A DNA stretch of 61,751 nt, filler included. It is 5 parts of 5 records of this genome, joined end to end, with 100 filler letters (N's around TTAATTAATTAA, not from the genome) between each part and the next. Parts side by side here need not be neighbours in the genome. Positions count along the whole stretch, not along the records: positions 1 to 8,168 come from SRR31156797_1202; positions 8,269 to 17,652 come from SRR31156797_1207; 3 more parts are not named here. One strand, 5' to 3'. A program made the position numbers and the translations under genes. A model generated the notes under the pieces. The model saw only the letters and a program-made list of their open reading frames with translations, was not told where the DNA came from and made no database searches. The number at the start of each line of letters is the position of its first letter. Position 1 is the first letter of the stretch. Shown one piece after another: positions 1 through 8,276 of the stretch.

Positions 1-2
1 GA

Positions 3-971
3 TGTCTGAAAGAAAAGAGTATTAGTGAAAATCAATACTGCAATGCTTGTAGAAAAAATCTTTTCAGAGGAAAAAATATTCCCGTAACACTTAACTTTGA
101 TAAACAAGGGTATGTTGATTTCAGAACGAGGTCAGGTGGCAGGTTTTCCATTTCCGGAGTTCAGTCGAAAATATCACTCAAAGTAGAAGAAAGAAATCTT
201 ATTCCTGTTACTGAAAATGGTGAATACATTTTAAAACCGGTTCCATCATCTGATAATATTCCGACATTATATGAAGATGTTCCTGCAAATGAACACCTTA
301 CAATGCAGATAGCGAAACAGATTTTTAAAATGAAGGTTGCCGAAAATGCTCTAATGAGGATGAGTAGCGGTGAAAATGCCTATATTACATTGAGGTTTGA
401 CAGAACAGAGTCAGGAGAAAAAATCCCTCAGGAGGATTTTGCACAACTTTTAGAAATGACTTCTATAACTCATGGAGAGGATTACAAATATGAAACAAGT
501 TATGAAGCAGCAGCAGTAATTATTGAGAAATTCTGCTCAGCAAAAGCGATAGAGATAGAGAAATATTATAAATTGGTGCTTTTTAGTTACGCTTTTTCAA
601 ACGGGGATGCTCATCTTAAAAATTTCTCGCTTCAAAGATCAGTACACAAAGATTACATTTTTACTCCAGCATATGATCTTCTAAACACTTCTGTGCACTT
701 TCCCAGTGAGCATAGGATGGCTCTTGATCTTTTCTCAGATTTTGAAACACAGCGATTTAAGGAAAATGCTTTTTATACTGGTGCATGTTTTAAAGATTTT
801 GCCAAGCACCTCAAGGTGAGAGAAAGTTTTGCTCAAAAATCAATAAATAGTTTTTTTGAGAAAAAAGAAAAGGTTGTTGAACTTGTTGGAAGATCATTCC
901 TGAGTGATGATGCTAAGGAAGATTATATTTATCGTTTTAATGACAGATTGAAAGCTCTTGAAGTGGTATGA
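3..971 (+). CDS. HipA-family Ser/Thr kinase toxin, 5'-truncated by the window edge
   Basis: The frame is open from nt 3 (CLKEKS..YCNACRKNLF..FSISGVQSK..YILKP..ANEHLTMQIA), well upstream of the tracked ATG at 303. HipA motifs SISGVQxK, NGDAHLKNFS and PAYDL are present. Confidence 0.88.
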   Translation, partial: CLKEKSISENQYCNACRKNLFRGKNIPVTLNFDKQGYVDFRTRSGGRFSISGVQSKISLKVEERNLIPVTENGEYILKPVPSSDNIPTLYEDVPANEHLTMQIAKQIFKMKVAENALMRMSSGENAYITLRFDRTESGEKIPQEDFAQLLEMTSITHGEDYKYETSYEAAAVIIEKFCSAKAIEIEKYYKLVLFSYAFSNGDAHLKNFSLQRSVHKDYIFTPAYDLLNTSVHFPSEHRMALDLFSDFETQRFKENAFYTGACFKDFAKHLKVRESFAQKSINSFFEKKEKVVELVGRSFLSDDAKEDYIYRFNDRLKALEVV

Positions 972-1595
972 TTAAGTCTTTATACTTACCGTCAATCCAT
1001 GTCCAATTGGAAGTATTGTCGAATAAAGCTGAGGATGATCAAAGACAGCGCGATTGTATTCATCGGTATGTTTTCCAAGATTCTCACGCACGTTTTCATT
1101 AACTTTAAAAAGTGTGTCGTCAGCTACTATCATTCCGCCAGATCTAAGGAGTTTCACGGTCATTTCGAGCATTTTTGGGTAAAGGTATTTCCCGCAGTCC
1201 TGAAAGATAAGATCAAATTGATCCTTTTCATTAAGAAGTTTTTGCGCTTCAACTTCGGCATCACCAAAAATCAGTTTGCAACGGTCTTTAAACCCTGCCT
1301 TTTCAATATTGATAACGGCCTCATCGTACAGTCTGTCCTTACTTTCTATTGAAATTATTTTTCCACCTGTTTTTTCCAAAGCCGTTGCCAGCCAAATCGT
1401 TGAATATCCATTTGAAGTGCCAAGTTCCAGAACATTTTGGGTATTTGAGAATTGAATTAGGAGTGAAAGAAGTTTAGCTGTTTCAAACTCAACTGGAGGC
1501 TGAATATCGTTTCTCGTGCTATTAGACTTTTCAAGCTCAGGAAGCAAAGGGTGATCAGTTTTTAAGAATGATCTTATATAGTTCGCAGTTTTCAT
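972..1595 (-). CDS. Class I SAM-dependent O-methyltransferase (CCoAOMT/TrmR-like)
   Basis: VLELGTSNGYST SAM-binding motif, FDLIFQD, GGMIVADD, PIGHG. Confidence 0.85.
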   Translation of the reverse strand: MKTANYIRSFLKTDHPLLPELEKSNSTRNDIQPPVEFETAKLLSLLIQFSNTQNVLELGTSNGYSTIWLATALEKTGGKIISIESKDRLYDEAVINIEKAGFKDRCKLIFGDAEVEAQKLLNEKDQFDLIFQDCGKYLYPKMLEMTVKLLRSGGMIVADDTLFKVNENVRENLGKHTDEYNRAVFDHPQLYSTILPIGHGLTVSIKT

Positions 1596-2942
1596 TTAAT
1601 TCTCCAACATCTTGAATTTCCTCATCTTTTTCCATAGTGCAACGGTGCTGATGCCAAGGTGTTCCGCAACCATTTTTCTGCTTTGATGGTATTTAACAAG
1701 CAGTTCCTCAAGTTCTTTCTTTTCTATTGGAGCTCTTGCATATTTAAGATTGTTTGATGTTTTGGGATCTTTTCGGTCAATTGGTACAGAGACGTTATTA
1801 AAAACTATTTCCTTTGGAAGGTCTTCTACCTCAATATCTCCTTCACGACGCAAAACAAAGGCGTGCTCAATTGCATTTTCAAGCTCTCTAACATTTCCCG
1901 GCCAGTTATATCCAACTAGGGTCTCCATAGCATTTCTGCTTATTCCTGTAATGAACCTTCCATATCGATCGTTGAACTTCTCGATTAGATGTTTTGTTAT
2001 AAGAAAGATGTCTGAACCCCTGTCACGAAGAGGAACGGTGTTTATTGGAAAAACATTCAGTCTGAAAAAGAGATCCTCACGAAAAGTTCCCTGATCGACC
2101 ATTTTTCTAAGGTTTCTATTTGTTGCAGTTACTAACCGGATGTCAGTTTTTCTTTCAATATTTTCTCCAACTCTTGTAATGACCTTTTCCTGAATAGCGC
2201 GCAGTAGCTTTACCTGTGTTGCAGGAGAAATGTCTCCTATCTCATCAAGAAAAAGAGTGCCTCCGTGAGCAGCTTCAAATTTACCTATTCTATCACTAAC
2301 TGCACCGGTAAAGGATCCTTTAACATGACCAAAAAGCTCACTTTCTAGAAGATTTTCAACTAAAGATGAGCAGTTTACCCTGATGAAAGGTTCTTTTCTT
2401 CGAAGTGACTCACTGTGAATTGCTGAAGCAACCAGTTCTTTTCCTGTTCCGCTTTCTCCAAGGATTAGTACGCTGACATCACTATCCGCTGCAAATTCGA
2501 TCTGGCGAAAAAGCATCTTCATTGGATCGCTGTTTCCAACAATGCTGTGAAATTTCTGTCGTTGAGGTTCAGTGGAAGGCAAGATGTCACATCCTTCAAG
2601 TCGTGTAAGATCGGTAACAGAAAAAAGTATCATGTCATTTTTGTCTATCACAGTTTTAATGCCTGAAACAAAAACAGGAATAACATTTTTGCCACCCGTA
2701 AGATATAGATGCCTTTGAATGACGCGCTCTCCTTTTCTACACAGACAGTCATCATCTTCAGGTTTCATTAATTCACCATCTGAGCGTCTGAAAGAAAAAG
2801 CATAGATGCCTCTTCTGGAAACTAAAGATTTGGAAACATCTGCCATTTTAAGCATTGAATCGTTGACATAGTGAACGTTAAAATCCTCGTCGGTAACAAA
2901 AACGCCGCTTGGCAGCTTGTCTATCAGTGCAGACTTTTTCAT
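1596..2942 (-). CDS. Sigma54-dependent enhancer-binding activator (PAS-like / AAA+ / HTH)
   Basis: GESGTGKE Walker A, ESELFGH..GSFTGA, FLDEIG, WPGNVRELEN, C-terminal Fis-type HTH, N-terminal PAS-like region containing Cys residues. Confidence 0.93.
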   Translation of the reverse strand: MKKSALIDKLPSGVFVTDEDFNVHYVNDSMLKMADVSKSLVSRRGIYAFSFRRSDGELMKPEDDDCLCRKGERVIQRHLYLTGGKNVIPVFVSGIKTVIDKNDMILFSVTDLTRLEGCDILPSTEPQRQKFHSIVGNSDPMKMLFRQIEFAADSDVSVLILGESGTGKELVASAIHSESLRRKEPFIRVNCSSLVENLLESELFGHVKGSFTGAVSDRIGKFEAAHGGTLFLDEIGDISPATQVKLLRAIQEKVITRVGENIERKTDIRLVTATNRNLRKMVDQGTFREDLFFRLNVFPINTVPLRDRGSDIFLITKHLIEKFNDRYGRFITGISRNAMETLVGYNWPGNVRELENAIEHAFVLRREGDIEVEDLPKEIVFNNVSVPIDRKDPKTSNNLKYARAPIEKKELEELLVKYHQSRKMVAEHLGISTVALWKKMRKFKMLEN

Positions 2943-2951
2943 AAAGACCTC

Positions 2952-3010
2952 AAGTTAATTAACATGGCGAAGTTAATATAACATAATTTATGAAGTTAAT
3001 GCAAGTTATT
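2952..3010. promoter_or_regulatory. Repeated AAGTTA(A/T)T motif, candidate upstream activator sequence
   Basis: AAGTTAAT at 2952, 2970 and 2993 and AAGTTATT at 3003. Includes the palindrome GTTAATTAAC (2954-2963). Lies between the activator gene and the sigma54 promoter. Confidence 0.5.
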
Positions 3011-3040
3011 GTGTTGAAGCTGTTTTTCAGGCACTTATTC

Positions 3041-3056
3041 TGGCACGCTTTTTGTA
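3041..3056 (+). promoter_or_regulatory. Sigma54 -24/-12 promoter of the thioredoxin operon
   Basis: TGGCAC-GCTTT-TTGTA has one mismatch to TGGCAC-N5-TTGCW, sits 50 nt before the trx start and is next to a divergent sigma54 activator. Confidence 0.7.
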
Positions 3057-3105
3057 TTAAGAAAGCCGTTCTTGCTTTTTGAATATTTGATTTATGGAGA
3101 TTATT

Positions 3106-3420
3106 ATGACACACGAACTTAATGACAACAACTTTGAAACTTCAATTGCTAAAGGCGTAACTCTTGTTGATTTTCATGCTCCCTGGTGCGGACCTTGCAG
3201 GATGCAGACACCTGTTCTTGAAAAAGTTGGCGACTTTGTTGGAGATAAGGCAATGATCGCATCCGTTAATGTTGATGACCACCCGGCAGTTGCTGCAAAA
3301 TTCGGTATTAGAAGTATTCCTACACTGATACTTTTTTCTAATGGAAAACCAGTTAAGCAGTTTGTTGGACTTCAGAGTGAGAGCACTCTCATATCTGTTG
3401 TGAACGAGGCGGTAAAATGA
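3106..3420 (+). CDS. trxA: Thioredoxin
   Basis: WCGPC active site and SIPT cis-Pro motif. Start placed at ATG 3106, after a GGAG RBS. Confidence 0.92.
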   Translation: MTHELNDNNFETSIAKGVTLVDFHAPWCGPCRMQTPVLEKVGDFVGDKAMIASVNVDDHPAVAAKFGIRSIPTLILFSNGKPVKQFVGLQSESTLISVVNEAVK

Positions 3421-3833
3421 AGAGGGGAAGTCTTGTGAAAGCTGCGGTGGCAATTGCTGCTGTGGCTTTACTTTTTGTAGCTAACTATGATGTGGAAAAG
3501 AAAAAAGAGCTTCCTCAAAGTGTAAAAAATGGAAAAGTGCAGATAGTTTCTTTTTCATCTCCAGGTTGCGGGGCTTGCGTTAAACAGAAAAAGATATTAA
3601 ATTTATTAAGAGACGAGTACTCTGATAAAGTAAGCTTTGAGTTTGTTGATGTGACAAAGGATGACCGTACTACTGATTACTATGAAGTTGGAATTGTTCC
3701 GACACTTTTAGTGACTGTAAACGGAAAGGAAATAGACCGCTTGGTCGGTTCTCAGATGGAGCCGGTTCTAAGAGCGGTTGTTGAAAGTGAAGCTGCTCAT
3801 GGAAAATACTGCGAGGATGGATCATTATGCTGA
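3417..3833 (+). CDS. Exported or membrane-anchored thioredoxin-family protein
   Basis: N-terminal hydrophobic segment, CGAC active site, IVPT motif, C-terminal CEDGSLC. ATGA overlap with trxA. Confidence 0.8.
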   Translation: MKRGSLVKAAVAIAAVALLFVANYDVEKKKELPQSVKNGKVQIVSFSSPGCGACVKQKKILNLLRDEYSDKVSFEFVDVTKDDRTTDYYEVGIVPTLLVTVNGKEIDRLVGSQMEPVLRAVVESEAAHGKYCEDGSLC

Positions 3834-3997
3834 AAAAGAAATATCTTATTCCTTCAATTGCTGCTGCAGTCGGTTTGGTTGCAGGATATCTTTTCTATCA
3901 TTTTTATGGATGTACTAATGGATGTCCAATGACATCAAGTCCTCTTATTACTACCGCTTATGGCGGAGTCGCAGGATTTGTACTTTTTTATAAGTAG
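3827..3997 (+). CDS. Small 56-aa membrane protein, DUF6132-like (absent from the ORF track)
   Basis: MLKKKYLIPSIAAAVGLVAGYLFYHFYGCTNGCPMTSSPLITTAYGGVAGFVLFYK*: two hydrophobic helices flanking GCxxGCP. Overlaps the upstream stop codon. Confidence 0.8.
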   Translation: MLKKKYLIPSIAAAVGLVAGYLFYHFYGCTNGCPMTSSPLITTAYGGVAGFVLFYK

Positions 3998-4077
3998 TAG
4001 TCTAAAAACAATCCTTTACTCTTTTATCCTAATAATTTAAAATATCAGGTCTTGTTGTCTGAATCGGGAGATTGTTT

Positions 4078-5019
4078 ATGGAAAGTTCAGAACTTCGGAA
4101 AATTCTTAATGATGTTAAAGAAAACACTGCGACACTGTTAAAAGGGACGCAATCAACGCTGAAAAAGTCTGTTTTGACATTTTTTTCAGGCGGGCATTTG
4201 CTGCTTGAAGATGTGCCGGGAACTGGAAAAACTACTCTTGCGAAGGCTTTGTCAAAATCGCTTGATATGGACTTTTCACGTATTCAGTTCACTCCTGATC
4301 TGATGCCTGCGGATGTTACGGGTGTTTCTATCTACAATCAGAATACTGCAAAGTTTGAATTTCGTAACGGTCCTATCTTTTCAAATATAATTCTTGCTGA
4401 TGAGATAAACAGAGCTTCTCCAAGGACTCAGTCTGCACTTCTTGAAGCTATGGGAGAAGGTCAGGTGAGCACGGATTCAGGGCAATTTATCCTTAAAAAG
4501 CCTTTCTTTGTAATAGCCACTCAAAATAATGTTGAATCAAAGGGGACTTACACGCTTCCAGAGTCTCAGATGGATCGTTTTACGATGAAACTTTCTCTTG
4601 GGTATGTTTCAATTGCTGATGAGATAAAGATACTTGAAGGAAATGGATTTCTTGAGGCTCTTGAAAATCTCAAACCTGTAGTTGATGCGCCAAAAGTAAT
4701 TGAGGCGATGAAAGAAATTGACAAGATCGAAGTTAGCGGAGAACTTAAACAGTTTATTGTTGAAGTTGTAAATGCAACAAGAAGAGCAGAGGGCGTTAAG
4801 GTCGGTGCAAGCCCTAGAGCATCGCTAAATCTTATGAAGGTTGCTCAGGTGAGTGCTGCAATGGAAGGACGGAAGTATGTTGTTCCTGATGATATTCTTG
4901 AAAATGCTGTTGACGTTCTGGCTCACAGATTAATTCTTGATAGCTCAGCCTATGTTACTGGTGTTTCTGGTGAAAATGCTGTATTAAATATTCTTGAGAA
5001 AATAAAAGTTCCAACCTAG
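4078..5019 (+). CDS. MoxR-family AAA+ ATPase
   Basis: GHLLLEDVPGTGKTTLAK, RIQFTPDLMPAD, LADEINRASPRTQSALLEAM, GASPRAS. Confidence 0.93.
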   Translation: MESSELRKILNDVKENTATLLKGTQSTLKKSVLTFFSGGHLLLEDVPGTGKTTLAKALSKSLDMDFSRIQFTPDLMPADVTGVSIYNQNTAKFEFRNGPIFSNIILADEINRASPRTQSALLEAMGEGQVSTDSGQFILKKPFFVIATQNNVESKGTYTLPESQMDRFTMKLSLGYVSIADEIKILEGNGFLEALENLKPVVDAPKVIEAMKEIDKIEVSGELKQFIVEVVNATRRAEGVKVGASPRASLNLMKVAQVSAAMEGRKYVVPDDILENAVDVLAHRLILDSSAYVTGVSGENAVLNILEKIKVPT

Positions 5020-5116
5020 ATCCTATTTTTAATTCAACAGAAGTCAGCTTTATCCGAATCTTGACTTTATTCACTATTAAGCTATAAATTACGGAGTTTT
5101 TTACAAGGAGAGAAAA

Positions 5117-6553
5117 ATGCTGAAAATTTACAACACACTTACAGAAAAAAAAGAGGAATTTGTTCCAATTAATGATAAAAAAGTTGGTTTTTACGCTTGT
5201 GGAATGACAGTTTATGACAAACCGCATATCGGTCATGCAAGAAAGGAAGTCGCTGTTGATCTTATCGTTAATTATCTTCGCTACACTGGTTATGAAGTCA
5301 ATTACGTAAGAAATTTCACGGATATTGATGACAAGATAATTGCCCGTGCTAATGAAAGAGAGATCGGTTTTAAAGAGCTGACTGAAGAAAATATTCAGGC
5401 TTTTTACACTGCAATGGATAAACTCGGACTTGCAAGAGCGAATGTTGAACCTAAGGCGACAGAACATATCGAAGAGATCATCAAAATGGTTGAAAAACTG
5501 ATAGAAAATAATATCGCCTACGCAGTTGAAGACGGCAGTGTTTATTTTGCTGTTGAGAACTTCAAAGGTTACGGGAAGCTCAGCGGCAGAAAGATTGATG
5601 ACATGATATCAGGAACTCGTTTTGAAGTTGAAAGTCTCAAGAAAAATCCTCTTGATTTTGCTCTTTGGAAAGCATCAAAAGAAGGTGAGCCGGCTTGGAG
5701 TAGTCCTTGGGGAGAAGGTCGTCCCGGATGGCATATTGAATGTAGCGCAATGAGCACAAAATATCTTGGTGAGAGCTTTGATATTCACGCTGGCGGAAGA
5801 GATCTTATCTTTCCTCACCACGAAAATGAGATCGCACAGGCAGAAGGCGCAACAGGAAAACCATTTGTTAAATACTGGGTTCATAACGGATTTCTTACAG
5901 TTGAAGGTGAAAAGATGAGTAAATCTCTTCATAACTTTATTACTGTTGATGATGCGCTTAAAGAATATCACTCAGAAGTTCTAAGATACTTTATGCTTTC
6001 AACTCATTACAGAACTCCAATTGATTTTTCCATGTCAAACCTTAAGGATACTGAGAAGAGACTGAGCTACTTCTATAACACTGTGAAAATGCTTGAGCAG
6101 TTTAGCAAAAAGGCAAATGGAAAAGTTGAAAGAAATGATAAAGCATCTGAATTTATTGAAGAATTCAAGACTTCAATGGAAGATGATTTTAATAGTGCAA
6201 AAGTAGTTGCAGCCTTTTACGGACTTTTTAAACATCTTAATGATGTACTCGTTTCAAAGAAGACAAGACCAGCACCTGCTCACTGTGCAGGATTCCTTGA
6301 AGTTATAAAGGAAGCAGGAAAGGTTCTCGGAGTTTTGCAGAAGAATCCCGAAGAAATTCTTGAAGAAATAAAAGAGCTCCAGATCAAAAGATACAATATC
6401 TCAAAAGACGAAGTTGAAGGACTTATTGATCAGAGAAATGCTGCCAGAAAGGAAAAGGATTTCCAGAAAGCAGATGAGATCAGAGATAAACTTCTTGAAA
6501 TGAATATCCTTATTCAGGATACACCAGAAGGAACTAAATGGAGTTTTAGCTAG
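5117..6553 (+). CDS. cysS: Cysteine--tRNA ligase
   Basis: ACGMTVYD..HIGH, GRPGWHIECSAM, DLIFPHHENE, KMSKS. AGGAG RBS upstream. Confidence 0.98.
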   Translation: MLKIYNTLTEKKEEFVPINDKKVGFYACGMTVYDKPHIGHARKEVAVDLIVNYLRYTGYEVNYVRNFTDIDDKIIARANEREIGFKELTEENIQAFYTAMDKLGLARANVEPKATEHIEEIIKMVEKLIENNIAYAVEDGSVYFAVENFKGYGKLSGRKIDDMISGTRFEVESLKKNPLDFALWKASKEGEPAWSSPWGEGRPGWHIECSAMSTKYLGESFDIHAGGRDLIFPHHENEIAQAEGATGKPFVKYWVHNGFLTVEGEKMSKSLHNFITVDDALKEYHSEVLRYFMLSTHYRTPIDFSMSNLKDTEKRLSYFYNTVKMLEQFSKKANGKVERNDKASEFIEEFKTSMEDDFNSAKVVAAFYGLFKHLNDVLVSKKTRPAPAHCAGFLEVIKEAGKVLGVLQKNPEEILEEIKELQIKRYNISKDEVEGLIDQRNAARKEKDFQKADEIRDKLLEMNILIQDTPEGTKWSFS

Positions 6554-6756
6554 TAATCAATCTCTAACCCTCCATCACACTCAACCAAACACAATTCAAT
6601 AGCTGAGCAAACACTTATATGGATATGTTTTGTAATATTTATTTACTATTTGGGGTGGATTGTTATATTGTTTTGCGCTAGATGAATCTTTGCAGGCATT
6701 CGACATATGCAAGTAGAAAAACGGTTGTCTTAAAACAGCAGAGGAGAGAAAGAGAT

Positions 6757-7884
6757 ATGGATTTTAATCAACTTTCAGAAATTATAGACAAAACACACAA
6801 ACACCTTCAAAGCAGTTCAGTTAAAGCAATTAATCAGAATCTTACTGTCAGAAACTGGCTTATAGGATACTACATTGTTGAATTTGAACAAAATGGTGAA
6901 GATCGTGCGGTGTATGGGGCGAGATTATTGAAAACTCTTGAACAAAGGATAGATGATAAAGGGTTGAATGAAACTCTTTTCTATTGGTCGAGAAAGTTTT
7001 ATATTTTTTATCCATTTATAGGAAAAATGATATCTGCGACAGTGTCGCAGATATTTAAAGAACTACCCGATGAGATTTCTGCGACAGTGTCGCAGAAATT
7101 GGTTGTAAGAACCAAAGATTCAGTTTTGCACAGTAGCAAGAACAGAATAGATTGTTATACAGATCCCCAAAAGCTTGTTTCAAAATTATCATTTTCACAT
7201 ATTAAGGAAATTCTCATAATAGATGATCCTTTTAAACGCTTATTTTATGAAAATGAAAGCATGAAGTGCAGTTGGAGTGTAAGAGAACTTCGTCGCCAAA
7301 TTAATAGGCAGTTGTATGAACGCTGCGGAATTAGTGAATCTCCTGAATTGCTTATTGAAAAGATTAAAAAGAATGATCAAATAAAAGCTGTTGACACAAT
7401 AAAGAATTCATTTGCCTTTGAGTTTTTAGGGTTGAAATCTTTTGAAGTAATTGAAGAGAAAGATCTCGAACAGGCCCTTATAGATCATTTGCAGGAATTT
7501 CTTTTGGAATTAGGATATGGTTTTTGTTTTGAAGCGAGGCAGAAACGGATAATAATTGATGATGAATACTATTTTGCTGATTTAGTTTTTTATCATAGAA
7601 TTTTGCATTGTAATGTCATTATTGAATTGAAAAACGATGAATTCAGACATGAACACTTAGGACAACTAAATGCATATGTTTCTTACTACAGAGAAAACGA
7701 AATGAATTTAGGTGATAACATGCCAATAGGAATTTTGCTTTGTACACGAAAAGGTAAAAAAATGGTTGAATATGCTATTGCAGGAATGGACAACAAACTT
7801 TTTGTATCACAATATATGCTGCAACTGCCAAACAAGAAAGAATTGGAAAAATTCATACTCAAAGAAAAAGATCTGATTGAATGA
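6757..7884 (+). CDS. YhcG/DUF1016 PD-(D/E)XK nuclease-family protein
   Basis: RNWLIGYYIVEFEQNGEDRAVYG, LSFSH, WSVRELRRQI, FLLELGYGFCFEARQKR, DLVFY..IELK, GQLNAY. Start placed at ATG 6757, after GAGGAG. Confidence 0.92.
   Translation: MDFNQLSEIIDKTHKHLQSSSVKAINQNLTVRNWLIGYYIVEFEQNGEDRAVYGARLLKTLEQRIDDKGLNETLFYWSRKFYIFYPFIGKMISATVSQIFKELPDEISATVSQKLVVRTKDSVLHSSKNRIDCYTDPQKLVSKLSFSHIKEILIIDDPFKRLFYENESMKCSWSVRELRRQINRQLYERCGISESPELLIEKIKKNDQIKAVDTIKNSFAFEFLGLKSFEVIEEKDLEQALIDHLQEFLLELGYGFCFEARQKRIIIDDEYYFADLVFYHRILHCNVIIELKNDEFRHEHLGQLNAYVSYYRENEMNLGDNMPIGILLCTRKGKKMVEYAIAGMDNKLFVSQYMLQLPNKKELEKFILKEKDLIE
7030..7099. repeat. Two tandem 25-bp perfect palindromes inside the YhcG coding sequence
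   Basis: ATATCTGCGACA-G-TGTCGCAGATAT (7030-7054) and ATTTCTGCGACA-G-TGTCGCAGAAAT (7075-7099). Both encode ISATVSQ. Confidence 0.92.
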
Positions 7885-7909
7885 AAAGAACCTATATTGG
7901 GTGTTCTTT
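7885..7909 (+). terminator. Possible terminator hairpin after the YhcG gene
   Basis: AAAGAAC...GTTCTTT inverted repeat immediately after the stop codon. Weak stem. Confidence 0.35.
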
Positions 7910-8168
7910 AATAAGAGCCTGAAGTTTAAATCTTACCTCACAAGCTCCCCTGTTTGGTATCCCGGGGGCATTCCTTTCAATTCGGGACACACTGCGCCCC
8001 AGATTAAATCGAGTGACAGTTAATAAAACAATCCAGCCATCGGAATGAAATTAAGCTAGTTGCTTTTTGTTTTCTAGCAATTCTTATGGCAGATATTCAG
8101 TTTCTCAGAAATAAAAATAAAGAGCTTTATGACGATTTGGTGTGAAAGTTTTGAGGTGTTGAAATTTA

Positions 8169-8268
8169 NNNNNNNNNNNNNNNNNNNNNNNNNNNNNNNN
8201 NNNNNNNNNNNNTTAATTAATTAANNNNNNNNNNNNNNNNNNNNNNNNNNNNNNNNNNNNNNNNNNNN
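8169..8268. other. Artificial contig linker
   Basis: N-run / TTAATTAATTAA / N-run, 100 nt in total. Confidence 0.99.
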
Positions 8269-8276
8269 CAACTGGT

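Noticed and set aside
3828-3833. Cys-TGA at the end of the exported thioredoxin as possible selenocysteine
   Set aside because: No SECIS-like hairpin is evident, and the downstream sequence is explained by the overlapping 56-aa gene in another frame.
7030-7099. Palindromic direct repeats as a mini CRISPR array
   Set aside because: There are only two units with a 20-nt spacer, they are in frame within a CDS, and there are no cas genes. Kept instead as an intragenic palindrome finding.
7910-8168. GC-richer patch after the YhcG gene as an ncRNA or gene remnant
   Set aside because: I found no recognisable RNA fold or protein motif in the frames I read, and it lies at a contig end.
8213-8224. 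TTAATTAATTAA palindrome recurring four times
   Set aside because: It is a synthetic six-frame stop linker inside N-runs, not a biological repeat.
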